DNA of 50,348 nucleotides, taken from NCBI GenBank assembly GCA_000934665.2, contig JYFJ02002814.1:1-50348 (forward strand). Reading direction: 5' to 3'. Below the pieces are notes generated by a model. The model worked only from the letters and a program-made list of their open reading frames with translations. It had not been told where the DNA came from and did no database searches. A program made the position numbers and the translations under genes. Below are positions 1-12,395 of this stretch, piece after piece (the stretch's first letter is position 1; every line of letters starts with the position of its first letter). The stretch comes from Catajapyx aquilonaris (Eukaryota).

Positions 1-500
1 AAGGGTTCAATTGGATGTGGGTTTCACATATATTTTTTAAAAAAAAATCGAAGACCATGACTGGGCACCCACCGTCTGGATTGAAATGGAACCAGCCATA
101 TAAGTTGTGCGATTAAAACATGATTCATTCTCAAGGAATCTGTATTTGTAACATCGACATGCAGGTGATTTTCGTGCTAGGCGAACTTCAACGGTGTTGG
201 GCAACTATACTATATTTGTCACGGCCTTAATTCCATTCAGGGATGGCCAGTGAAGGTGTAAAATATGGGTTTGCTAGGATAGATTTTTTAAAGGGGAAAG
301 GGGCGGTCTGGGGATAGGAGGAGGGAGGGGGAAAAGGGTAGTCCACTTTTGGCTGAAAATGAGTTATGGATGGTTTCAGTTTCAGTCCCAGTCCCGTGAT
401 GGACGTTGGGGACAATAGCAGTAAACATGAAAAAGTATAATCTAATGAAGCTCACGTGATTTGCCAATCTTGTTTCAGAACAACGATGAATTAAACTCAC

Positions 501-1605
501 CTGCAGGGCATCTCGTTCCTTCTGAAGTTCATCCAGCTTTTCCCGAGTCCCTTTTCTGTCCGGTTGCTGTGCAATGACCTTTGCAAGTGCATCGTACTCC
601 ATCCTATTCTTGCGCACCCTCTTGGCTTCCTGAAGATCCGACTTGGTGGCCTCAATCTGCCCATGAGCCGATTTGATCCCCTCCTCAATGCTGCTGTACA
701 GCGACTCATACTTGCGTAGTCCAGCACCGTTCATGGACGCAGCCAAGCGGGACTTTACCATAGTGTACTCACACTGGCTCAACTGCGCCAACATGCGCTC
801 ACACGTCACCTGGCTGTGGACATTACTGTTAGACTCATTTCATTAATTGTAAGGAACAGTAAAGGCCGGTATCGACGTAACAGTTTCTCGGACACGAGTC
901 CACTTAGAGCGAGGAATCACGTCTGTCGAGACAGGCTCTATGTCGCTTGGTTGGTTGGTTGGTTGGTTGGTAGGAAGGGTTACCCAGCTTGTATGGCTCT
1001 GTCTGAGTCGAGCCTTGGCAGCCGGGGGTAGGAGAGGAAGGTGTGGGATTGCAGGGCAGGGGTGGGTGAGAAGGGTGGGGGGGAGAGGACGACTGGACCC
1101 GGCTGTACTGCAATACCGGGTCCAACCTAGGGACGGGGGTGGGATATTCTTCCAAGCACCCCGTCCAACCAAGAAATGCGAGTCAGGTCCGCGGACCGCT
1201 CGAGTAAGAGAGTACCGTCGCTGGCGAACCAGCCGGGACCTCAATTTTTGATAGCAGCTTCAGGGCCCCTCTGGTCCCTCGGAAAGGGGATTAAAGTTAA
1301 AAATTCATTACTTTTTCTCGTTCCTCGTATACGGACATGCGCAGTCGGCTCCTCTTGCACGAGAAATCTTTTACGTGGATACGGCCCTTAAGGAAGTACG
1401 TACCTCTCCTCCGGCGACTCATCATCAGTCATGCACCATTTGATAAAAGTCTTCAGCAGCACATTCAACCTTCTGTCATCTCCCGTTCCATCACCATCAA
1501 TCAGCAAGCGCCTCCGTATAACCTCCTCTACAATTTCCATGAAATTAATAATTATATTATATTAATTACATTACGACCAACTGGCCAAGGCTTACCGTCT
1601 CCCAT
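501..1605 (-). CDS. THOC7: THO complex subunit 7, 5' part (coding exons 1605-1596, 1527-1404, 813-501); remaining exon(s) lie left of the window
   Basis: Spliced translation MGDEEVIRRRLLIDGDGTGDDRRLNVLLKTFIKWC...SQVTCERMLAQLSQCEYTM...AKRVRKNRMEYDALAKVIAQQPDRK resembles THOC7 (EVIRKRLLIDGDGAGDDRRINLL; AKRIRKNRQEYDALAKVI). Donors GTAAGC, GTACGT, GTGAGT; acceptors TAG and CAG; phases 1 and 2 join in frame; start context gccATGg. Confidence 0.95.
947..970 (+). repeat. (TTGG)6 microsatellite in THOC7 intron 2
   Basis: Read directly from the sequence. Confidence 0.9.
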
Positions 1606-2093
1606 GGCTTCTCTATTCGAGGAGGGGGAACAAGGCAGCTGCTCAAAACGCCGGCTAACAATCCGCCATCTTTAGAACCTCACACCAATCAGCGCATCAG
1701 GTGTGAAAGTTTCGCCCGCCATATTTGATCCAGTCACCGCAATTGTGCCATGTGTTACGCTCGAGGATGCCAACAGAACTCGTTTGCTAATATGTATTAA
1801 ATACGATTGGCAAAGCTGCACGTCTTGAAATGCATGTAAGTACATTTTACGGTTGTAATTTCGTTTAATTGGATTGTCATTTGGTGCAGGTTGCAGGTAT
1901 GGGGACAGGTTCAGTTGTTGGCAACACTGCGGGAGTAGAGGAAAGGGGGGGGGAGAGGGGGGGAGGAGTTGAAAAAAAAGAGAGTAGTGAGGGAGAGGGA
2001 GAGAGAGAGAGAGAGAGGTGAAAAGAGAAGGAAGAAGAAGAGAAGGAGAGAGACGAAGGAAGAGAGAGAGAGAAAAAAAAAGTGGGGGCGAAA
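1606..2093. promoter_or_regulatory. Compact bidirectional promoter/5'UTR region shared by THOC7 and the ATXN7-like gene
   Basis: Divergent ATGs are 488 bp apart. YY1-type motifs: AAGATGGCGG on minus (~1663-1672), ATATGGCGGG on minus (~1715-1724) and AAAATGGCG overlapping the ATXN7 ATG (2091-2099). Near purine-only GA tract at ~1931-2081. Confidence 0.75.
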
Positions 2094-5000
2094 ATGGCGA
2101 CCCTAGATGACAGCCCGACATGTCTCCACGGCCAGCCGTGGTCTTGTTGGGCGGAGAGGCTCGGCAGGACCAGCCCGCTCAGTGAGTCCCAACAGCCTTC
2201 CCATCACAATCAGACATCCCCAAACACAACCTTACACCATCAAGGGGAAGGGATGGCGAAAAAAAAAAGAAAAAAAAAATGTGCAAAAATTTTACTTGAA
2301 GAAAAGAAGGATATGGAGTGACCTAAAGGAGGAGGGACACACTGGGCTAGTTGGTGCAGTGCGGTTGCAATGCCATGTGGTCACAGCGTCACAGTGCGGA
2401 CAATGTGCAACCGCCACGAGAAAGCATGGTCGCAATATTGGTGCCACCGCTTCTCAACCGGACTAGTTGGGAAGCGGCGGTGCTGTCACTTGTACGCATG
2501 CCAAGAAAGGACATGCACGTTGCAAACGGTTGGGTTAATATCCGGCAATGTGCAACATGTGTGCCGATAGTGTGCACTATACACAGTCAATCTCCAGTGC
2601 TTCCTTAACAGAAATGGTCAACATGTGCTTGAAGTGAATTGTTGTACTGACTCCGTGTTGCTACCTGGGTTCATGTCATGACTTTGGAAGTCAGTCATAC
2701 ACTAGGTTTGAAGTCTATACTAAGTGTCTGCTTTCTCCAGTCTTTAGTGGGGCAGTTAAGTTTTTTTTTTACTTGTTAGTTTCTCTTAAATAGTAAACAG
2801 TTTGGAGAAATCAAATTTGAAGTAAAATTGTGTAACTTGGCAATATGCTGAGACTGCATAAGACATACACTTTGGTTGAATTAGAGAACGTGATGCTGAT
2901 CATGGATGCTGATTTTCTTATTTACCGAAGGGTTAGCAACCCCACTTTCAAATTTACAGGTACTGTTACCATTGCACGTAATCATTTCTGTAAGGGAACA
3001 CAGGAGCCTCATGATATTGGGTATGATTGATTATGCAACTCGTTTAGGTTTGAACATGTCGGGTTGGTTTTTCATTCTTCTGCTAAAGTGATCAGTGGTT
3101 GTCAACTGCGGCGTCCGTAATGAGTGCTTATGAGAATCCTCGCTTGCGGACGCATGCTGCCAGCTGAGACTTTGCAGAAGGATGAGGGCTTACTGAACGG
3201 TCGGTTTTTTGGTCTTTCTACCTAAGAGAGTTGGCACTAATAGTCATCAACTGATGAATATGGTAACCCATGAGCAACCATACTGACTAGCAGAATCGTA
3301 ATGCTAGCAGTACTTTAGCAGAAAGATGAAGAACCTAACTGATATGCACATGGTACGTACCACGTATGATCATTGCAATTTATATATCCCAGATTCAACG
3401 GATCAATCAGTGCTGAATTGTTGGCAAATGTGACAGTTGTTCTAATACGCCCACTTCACTCTCAAGTGTACATCTGATTACAAATACCCATGATTATGCA
3501 CAATCGATACATAAGGGCAGCATGGTTTTGTAGTGGTTATCGGCACAGCCTTCCACCACTGAGATTCTGTGTTCGATCTTCCGGTTGGATGGAAGACCTC
3601 ATGTGGATGGAGTGTCGATAAGTTATTCTGTGCTCATGTAGGTTTTCTCGGGCGACTCCCTTCCTCCCACTGTCTAAATCTGTCAGCCGTCCATCAATTG
3701 GACAACACGGAGATTTAAAAGATGATCCCCAAGAGGCCTCAGCCCTATCTTAGGGTAACCTATTGCCTATAGAGGCTGAGGTGTGACTTCAGCTGGTTAA
3801 TTATTGCTAAGTGCCAATGTGCACTGTTAGTTGACTGATTTACCTAATAATGCGTATGACTATTGAAAGTCGTGTAGCATAGTGTTTGTTTATCCCTGCT
3901 TACAGTGCTTATGTAATATGTGACCATGCTGATGCTTATGCAATGCCTATGATAAGTTTAACAAGTTAGTAGTTATTAGGGGTTGGAAATGATACTTGCA
4001 ATACGTGACCAGCTCAAGAGAAATCCTTCACAAGGTCCATCCTATGGCGCTCCTCATTATCACTAGAATAAAGTGCTGCTACTTGGAAGGAGGTGGTAGA
4101 GGCTGTGTTTCCCATTGCTCATGGCTCTCACACATTGCAGTTGGTGTCGACAAGTGGCCAGAAGTGTGAAACCTTCTCTATCTCTCGGTTTATTCAACTG
4201 TAAAACAAAAGACTAAGCTGTCAAGGCTGCTGGTCATTAACACATGGGTTTCTTTGAGCTCATCCTCGTCTTGGTCAGTTTTTGCATCCTATCGCATTGG
4301 ACTGCTTCGTCCCTGTCCCTGCTGAAGTTCAGTCTGAGGAACTTCTTCAGGGGTGGGGATAAAGAGTGGGCAGCTTCTCTGATTAGTGGATCTGAGGGAT
4401 TGAGAAGGGGACGAAGTCCAGTACTACCTTGGAGAACCCTTGCTTGGTCATTTGACACTTCAGTTGGTTAAGATTTCATACATCTGGCAGGAAATTTGGG
4501 TGCTGATGTCACTGGTTGTGACTTTTAGTTGCATAGTTGACATTCTTGAAAGTCATTCTTGTTATTGTGATCTCAGAACCCAAGATTGCATGCTCAATAT
4601 AATTATGCTCATCTTGCTGTGGATAGTAATCATGTGGCAATTTCTTTTTGCAGGCGACGTAGAAGACACGGAGAACCCGAAACCAAAACCAGGAGCAGAC
4701 GTAATGCGGCTTCCAAGAGAAGGTAACGGAAGGAATGAAGGAGTCATGACTTGGTCAAGTTCAAGTCAGAGATTACTGACCAATAATGACAATTGGTATA
4801 ATTGCATACAAAGATTGTAAGTTTACTAACACACTGAAAATTAAGTAGGTGTGAAAGGAATACCCAATATGAAGAATTTCTATATTACGACATATAATTT
4901 CAAATGGTTTTGCTATTGCTTTATGAACATTTGCAGATATGTTGCGCATTATGTGCAGGATATTGACTGTAAAATTGCCTGTTGGACATGGCAATGAATC

Positions 5001-8000
5001 TCAAATTAATAAAATTACGGATTCATTGTCATGAAACAGGCCACATAACTTGTGACCTAGTTAACAGTGAAGTAGGACAGCAACAAGAGGGTTGCTGTTG
5101 CCCATAACTATTGTTTAGCTTTTGATTTTTAGTGACGTGTTCTCTTTTTCGCAGATATGGCCTTATACGGGTGCTGCCCTGAGAGGGACGAGTTCATCCT
5201 GGTAGTCTGCGAACACTGCGAGCTTTTAGTGAAACCTCAAAGTCTCAGACATCACATAGGTATGTATGGAGGAATTTAACGTCAGTTGTGGAGCACTACA
5301 AGTGCAATTGCATCTTGTCTATTAAATGTTTTAAGTTCTTTTACACTGGTGGAATTCCTAACCTCAAGATGTGCAATACTCATGTTGGAGATGAGATGTG
5401 TCCATGGAAGACAGGCATAAATTATTCATTTCAGTTTCAACTTGCTCACTCTTCACACATACACCTGAGATTTACTGATTTGTAGGGAGATGAGAGGTGC
5501 TTTAACACTAATCGCCAAGCATACGTGAGACGTGGTGGTGATGTGTACACTTGACTCAACCATAGTGGGAATGAGCCAGAGTCTTGCTTTCATCATTGTT
5601 ACCTCATCTTGAGTGTTTGCCTCTCTGTAACTGCCTGTTATCTCAGCAAGTGATTCATAATGCTTCTTCTAGAGTCATCAATTCTTGTTGGATGACTCAT
5701 GGTTTAAGAATTAATTTGGGACTGAGATCTTTTGTCATCTCTGTGTCACTTGACGATGATTTATTTAAGTAGTATTCAAGTAGGGCTTGGAATATATTTT
5801 TATATAGCTGGAGGTTGCAGGGGGTTGTGAAAACATGAAAGCGAAGCAATAATATGTGCATTACTAGATCTATAGAGCTGCAGGTATATCAAGTAGAAAC
5901 AGTGGATCTCTGAATGGTCAAATCAAAGAGTAAGGATGTGTTCAGGAGGCAATTCCCTCTCTGATTTATGATCCTTACTACCATCGCAAAACAGGGAAGC
6001 AATTTGGGATCTAATTCTATAGTAAGCCTTTTCAGGTATGGGAAGTTTAGGAAATGTGAGTTTCACATGCTTTGCAGGTGTTTGGATTAGTAGACATTCT
6101 ACTAGGATGTCTAAATTGGTTGGCCAAATAATTATTCCTTTTCTTTGCTTTCCCCAATTACAGAGCTCCGGCATGCCAGTGTACTGGAACCTCCACCTCC
6201 GAAGCCACCTGACCCTACCCCTGTTCCACCTCCTCCTGCCTCTACCTCTACCCCTACCCCTCCTGCCCCTTCACCACAGCCAACTCCACCTCCTCCAAAG
6301 GTAAAGTGCAAAAAGTCCTCTTCCAAACCGGAAAAACCACTCAAAAATGGTCGTCCCCTTCCCAAAACTCCATCACCACAACCACCCCAAACTCCACCGC
6401 CACAGCCACCACCACCGCCACCACCACCACCTCCACCTCCTCCTGCCCCCACCCCACCTCCTCCACCTCCACCAAAGCCGCGAGTACCAGCAACCTCAGT
6501 GCTAATATTCAGCCCTCCCGTGACGCTCCCTGCACCCGTAACCCCACCTGCACCGCCTCCCCCACCTCCATCACCAGCGCGGAAGAAAGGACGGGACAGA
6601 AGGCATCAGCCCCTAAAGGAGCGAGAGTACGACCCAGACAGACACTGCGGTGTCTGGGTCGCAGACACCTCAAAGCAGTGCACAAGGTCACTTACCTGCA
6701 AGAGCCATGCTCTGGGTCTTCGGAGGGCAGTTCCAGGGAGGAGTAAACACTTTGACGAACTACTGGCTGAGCACAAAGCTGCTAGGGAAGGCTTGAAAGC
6801 AGCATCGACAGGATCAACACAACACCAGACGAGAAGTGTAGTGGCTCCAGCTCCAGCACCACCAAAGGAAGTCACCTGGGAGCTCAAGGTGGAGATACCC
6901 AAAGTGGATGACACATTGGGAGTAGCATCCTCTGCAGGAGGGCAACTGTTAAGCACAGCATCACTCTTGAGGAGGCCTAGTCCACAGGAGGTGATACCCC
7001 AGCCACCCCCACCTGCACCGGAACCCAGGGAGGATGAGTCGATCTACTATCCAGATCATCCAAAGCCACTGGCTGTAAGTTTAAGGCTTGGTTTGGCCTT
7101 GGTATGCCGACTAGCAGGAAAGATTTTCCAGTGATTGTTAATCTGTAAAGCAAAATATTTTGTGACGGAGCATGATTTTTAATGGGGGACATTATGTACA
7201 TTCTGTGATATAAGAGACGAAACAAGGATTCTGGTACAATAAGTAGACTCTTCATCGAACGAGTTGTGTAACAAGGCATTGGTGACAGATTTGATATATT
7301 CCTGGCATTAATTTCAGCATATTTAACATGAGCCACTTGGTTTTATGCAGGTGGAACTGTTTTTATTTTGAAAGCTTGTGATAGCTAGTCACTGAGCTTG
7401 CATTTTATCATTTCTCTCGACTAATCACAGATGCTTTTGCAGTGATGGTTGCCTCAACTTTATTATTGCCTCTATAATGCCAGAGAGACTTGCGCTATAT
7501 GAGGTGCATGAACTCAAACTAAAGGAAAAGTGTGCATTTGTGCTGATTAATTGCAAAGCTTTCACCTAGTTTTCGTTCATACAACTGGTTCTTCCTTTTT
7601 TACATGCGCAAGTTCTAAATAGTCACTAGCATGACAACTATTACGTTGAGCTGAGAAATGTTTAATCCTGCATTTGCAGAACTTCGACCAAATACTAGAT
7701 GCTACATAACGGCAACAGTATATCAGTGATAAGAGTTTATGCACTTGGAACATTGCCATATGATAACGTTGTTGTGAATGATACCAGAGATTTTGTAAGG
7801 CAGCATGGAGCTGTTTCCGGGTGTAATCAGGCCTATCTGATTAAGGTAACAAGAGTCCGGAGCAAGGATTTTGGTAATGGTTCCAGTCCATGGATGGACA
7901 TGAAACATGTAGCTTTTTCTACAGACCTAATCTTCCAGTGAGAGTTTAAACAATGCCTGAAATAATGAGCATATGGTTTTAATGCTTAAATGAGATCTAC

Positions 8001-10467
8001 ACTGATATCTGCATTTCATATTTCCCCTTTCAACAAAATATTGTTCTGATCTGCATACACATTTTTGCCACTTGTAGGATTAGAAAATTCTTTAGTGGTT
8101 CTAGCTGCTTGCAAACAAAAATTATCACATAGGCCACTGTTTTGGTTATCTTTGTCTTCAGCGATGTTTGTTTATTTTACACTTTACAGTTAAGTTTTGT
8201 GGCCGAAATGACTGCTAGATTCTGTCGCTACAATTGAGCTACTAAGAGCCGATGCACACCTTTTGCATCAAACTGCATAGGCCAAGCTATAGTATGTTTC
8301 ATAAAGTGCAAGTGAAAAAAAAGCATTCTTTTTCTTGTTGTGACAGTTAAATCTTGTGCTATTTCTTTGCCCAATGTCACCACATGTCTCTCACTATTCA
8401 GATCTGTACCTACTCGGCTCGTCGTGTGGGCAACTTCCTGTGCACAGACCGCCGCCAGTGCTGTTGGATGCGCCAAGCCCTTCGGAGGCCCTCCGTTGCA
8501 CCCACCCACACACCTGCCAAACCCACCCTTGCAGCACCTATTTCCCGTGCTGTGCCCAACCATCACCACCACCCCCATCACAAAGACGTGTATGTGCCTG
8601 CTCTCAACGGCCAGTTAAGGCCTGCGGACCTACTTGCAGCTGCTCTGAAAAGGCCACCTCTCGAGCCACCACCTCCCCCACCCCCACAACCAGTGACAAC
8701 CTCCACCCCTCAAAGTGCCAAACGGACCAAGCGACTGAGGAGCGGGCCGTCCCCCTCCAACTCCCCTGGTGCATGTGTAGTTACTTCACCTGTGCCCGCC
8801 CCTTCCACCACCACATCACTGCTGTCAAACCTGTTGGCATTGGACACATCGCACAATCATGTGAATGGAGTGTCACAGTTTGGGAAGAGAGTGGCAGTGA
8901 CCAGTGCGGGAGTTGTAGGAGGGTTAGGTGCTGCCGCGGGGAGGGGGCTAGTGCTGCCAGACCTTGGGAGCAACCTGCTGGCAGAGCTTCCTGGTGGGAT
9001 CAAGGTGGAGATTGCTCCAGGCAGCTTAGCATCATTGCAGGCCGCAGCCTTCGAGCAGCCGCAGCAAAGAGGAGGGGCAACCATCATGGCGCCACCCACG
9101 TTCACTGGTACGAGTTGCACTACTCTTTTAATTGTGTCAGTTACTTGTCATTTATGCTAGAGGTGAAACGACCCTTTGTAGCAACAAATGATGTCCTGGT
9201 AATAGGGTACATTGGATATCTCCTGCAACATAAGCAGCGAAACATCATGCTTGGTTTGTCAGATGTATTGATTGACAGTTTGAATGCTGGATTCATAAGT
9301 CATCTGTTAGAGTCTCTGGTTTATGTCTCTAATGGGTTGTAATACTATGTCTGTTAATATGTACTATGGCTGTGTGTTCATTTTAACGGGCTATGTTCCC
9401 ATACAAACTGGTCTGACAATGCATATTTTGGAATGTAAGTGCCACATTATTTCTTCGTAACTGGGCAGGTTGTGTAGGAAGTTTCCTGCTCGCTGAACTC
9501 ACATTTGTTACTACCATATACCAGACTTCCATATGGAAGTTATTGATTTCTTGAATTTGCAGCAATTGATCGTGAACTTCTCCCTCATTTGCATTCAAAG
9601 TTGGGAGAAAATATAACTTGCTGCACATCTGAGCAGCAGCGAAAAATAATAATATCTATTTGCTCAAAAGATGAAGGCAATTATAATAATTTTCCGTCTC
9701 GGATTAAAGGTAATTCGAAAGTTTTTGGAGACTATTGTAGGAAAACCTAAAGGTTGTCGTTAAGATTGTCCGGCGTAAGTTTGCCAAGTCTGGTAACTTA
9801 TATCAGCTACCTTTGCGATTGGTTGAAACTGTAAGCAATGGCAACACTCAATCTTCTGCTGCAGCGTTACTAGCCTGCACAAATTTTCATCGCTGCTCAA
9901 TCATGCTCGTATTGCTGTGCTCTGTGTGGGTTGTTGCTCCACATTTTAAATCTACAATGATTATGACTTGTAAATCTTTGGAGACCTTGCCATTGCTCGC
10001 AAGGAAACAATAAATTGCTCTTCCTTGCTGCAGTGTTGCGCTCTCATGAAAATTGTCTGGCAGCTTATAACTGATGATTGTTTTTCATGTTGATTCTCCA
10101 GTGGGCTCCCAGCTGAAGTCAGGTGGTACGACAACCACTGTTCAGGTTGCCCCCTCTCAGTTCACATATCTGGCCTCGGCCATCCCCACCTCAGGAGGGC
10201 CAGTCACATTCCAGCCCGTGCTCAACCAACAGGTAAGTCATCACATTGTTGCAGGGTTTTGCAATTTGTGTGCCTTTATTTTGTTGCTTAACGCCTTCTT
10301 TTGTGCCTGCCATAAAGGTATTAAACCAGCTGCACCTGCAGTCCAAGTCGGGGGTGGTGACGACCACTTCCATACCTCTGAAGCTGCTCAGCCAAGGTGG
10401 CCAGCAGTTGAGTCTGGCTGCTCCTAGGACCATGGTGGTGCAGCAACAGGACAAAGACAAGTCCTGA
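2094..10467 (+). CDS. ATXN7: Ataxin-7 family protein (SAGA deubiquitinase-module subunit, Sgf73/ATXN7/ATXN7L1-like), 719 aa; coding exons 2094-2181, 4654-4722, 5155-5259, 6164-7074, 8402-9107, 10102-10232, 10318-10467
   Basis: N-terminus MATLDDSPTCLHGQPWSCW resembles ATXN7L1 [68 protein letters not shown] is the N-terminal zinc finger. REYDPDRHCGV...CTRSLTCKSH...RRAVPGRSKHFDELLAEHK is the SCA7 domain. HPKPLA|ICTYSARRVG...DRR is the third conserved block. All introns are GT-AG, phases are consistent and the total is 2160 nt. The last two low-complexity exons are less certain. Confidence 0.9.
3515..3680 (+). mobile_element. Degenerate tRNA-derived SINE with a V-SINE-like central domain (ATXN7 intron 1)
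   Basis: A-box-like TGTAGTGGTTA (~3529-3539) and B-box GTTCGATC (3571-3578), then TGTGGATGGAG...GTAGGTTTTCTCGGGCGACTCCCTTCCTCCCAC, which resembles the V-domain consensus GGGTTTTCTCCGGGTRCTCCGGTTTCCTCCCAC. Confidence 0.6.
6406..6444 (+). repeat. CCN repeat encoding 13 consecutive prolines within a longer Pro-rich linker of ATXN7
   Basis: cca cca cca ccg cca cca cca cca cct cca cct cct cct, in frame in exon 4. Confidence 0.9.
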
Positions 10468-12389
10468 GGGCACACACTCATCCCCCTTTTCCTCATCCCA
10501 CCCGATCCCAAACAAACCCCTCTTTACCCTTCTACAAAACTGACTGACCTGCCCCTGCTCAGGAAGAGAGAGAAAAAACAATGATCCCGGTTTGCCCAAG
10601 TCCACGGCAAGGAGGCTTGGCCGAGCCAACTTGCACCCACGCCCTCAATTTGTCTTGCGAGAGAGTGCTCCCCTAAAAATGTGTAAGTTCCTTTTTTATT
10701 TGTGTCAGTAGCCAGCTGATGGAAAATCATATGCGATGAATTTATTGGAAATTCTGGACTGTCACTCCCAGAAAGGGGGACAAAAAATAATTGTACATAA
10801 GAGTGTATATATAATGACTGTATAAATGTATACCACAATGAAACGACAAACAAATGTAAGCTGGCTACTGCAAGGGGGAGAGTGGGTGGCAACAATGATG
10901 GACACAAAGCTGCCAAGCTTTCTTTTTAATTTAAAGAAAATAGTAATAACGAGAAATGGAAAGACTAGGTTGTGAACCTCAATTTGGCTCTATTTGAGGC
11001 AAAAAGAAAATGCTACTGGTGACAGGCATGTATGACAAGGAAACTTTTGTTTTGGGGGGAAAGATGTATGACTGACAGTAAAACTCAGGGCTAGTTTCAG
11101 GAACTCGGCAGGGCAGATAATTGACGACCAGTACGATGATTACGAAGAAGGACTAAAAAATTGTTGCAGAATGTCGCTGTTGGTTAAGCAAGATTTTGAG
11201 AGTAAAATAGGTCACAAAAATGTGTGCTAGAGCACCCTGCCTACATATTTCATGGAACGAGCCCTCGACAAATACTGAAAGGAAAAACATTTATAAAGGT
11301 TACTGTGATATTCAAAAACAAGTTTTTTGACAATTACCGATATTTTGCGTTTTCCTTTGGATGTGGCAAAAGACCAGACATAAATTATTGCGGAATTGTA
11401 TTTCGATCATGACTACATTTTTGGTGTTCTGTCTCAACCCGAAGCAAACCTGAACTCTGGCTGGGAAGATTAAGAGAAGTGTTTTAAAGTGGGCGAAACA
11501 GGGATGAGGACTGTTTGCATTTAGCAATGCTTTTGATTGTTAAATTTTCAGATTTGGCATATGGTTGATGTAATAATCTGTGAAATCCGTTTCTTCCCAT
11601 GTTTTGGCCTGACGAGAGTGGTTTTTAAAAATCAATTGCAGTTCAGTTTGAGAGGAGTGTGTGCACAATGCAAACAAAAAAAGGTCATAATATCCCAACA
11701 TTTGTTTCCTTTGAAGTCAGTGTTTTTTTTTTGCCTAATAATGAAGTTCTCCAAAGCAGCAACTGTTAATTTGCACAAATTTCTTTCGGCGAGAAAGACA
11801 AATTAAGAATTTATAGTTACAATATGTACTTGTGTATGGCTTGTTGTACAAAATTAAGCTGGCTCAAAGCCTGTTTTTTTTAAAGTTATTTTTCAGGCAT
11901 TTTGAAAATGCATTACTCTCATCCTGATACACACTTAATTTGGGATAATAATCCTGCATTTTCGAACTCCTTAACTTTGTGAAACAAGCCTACTTCCCCA
12001 CCCCTGCCCCTCCTGAACATCAAATACATGATCTCATGCTTGGTTACGTTTCAAGGTAATGTTCGCAGTTTTAACAATTTTAGGTTTGTACCTTAATCTC
12101 CCTCGAAGACCCTTACCCAATCCCACATTTCGTAGTTAGGGACAGCTACAAGTGTGATACTAATGTTCTGCCAACCATTGGAAGTCAAAAGATGTTGTGC
12201 AGAATTTATCACAAAAAATGTCGAGATATCGATTTATTGTACAGTATTTATTTACCAGTGTAGAAAAGTTGTATTATTTTTTTTTTGTTTCCTTCCCACC
12301 CATGCGCCCCAAAATCCCTCCAACCTTTGGCATCTTTGGTAAGTTCTAACTATGAACTGTTTTGTGAATGAGCCTGATGATTGACTTTG

Positions 12390-12395
12390 AATAAA
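12390..12395 (+). terminator. Candidate polyadenylation signal of the ATXN7-like gene (about 1.9 kb 3'UTR)
   Basis: AATAAA at the end of an AT-rich, TGTA-rich UTR-like tract downstream of the stop at 10467. Confidence 0.45.

Noticed and set aside
6132..6452. Gly-rich minus-strand ORF and other ORFs overlapping ATXN7 exons (e.g. 6306-6746, 8356-9342)
   Set aside because: Antisense or alternative-frame shadows of the Pro-rich coding exons; no independent splice signals or homology.
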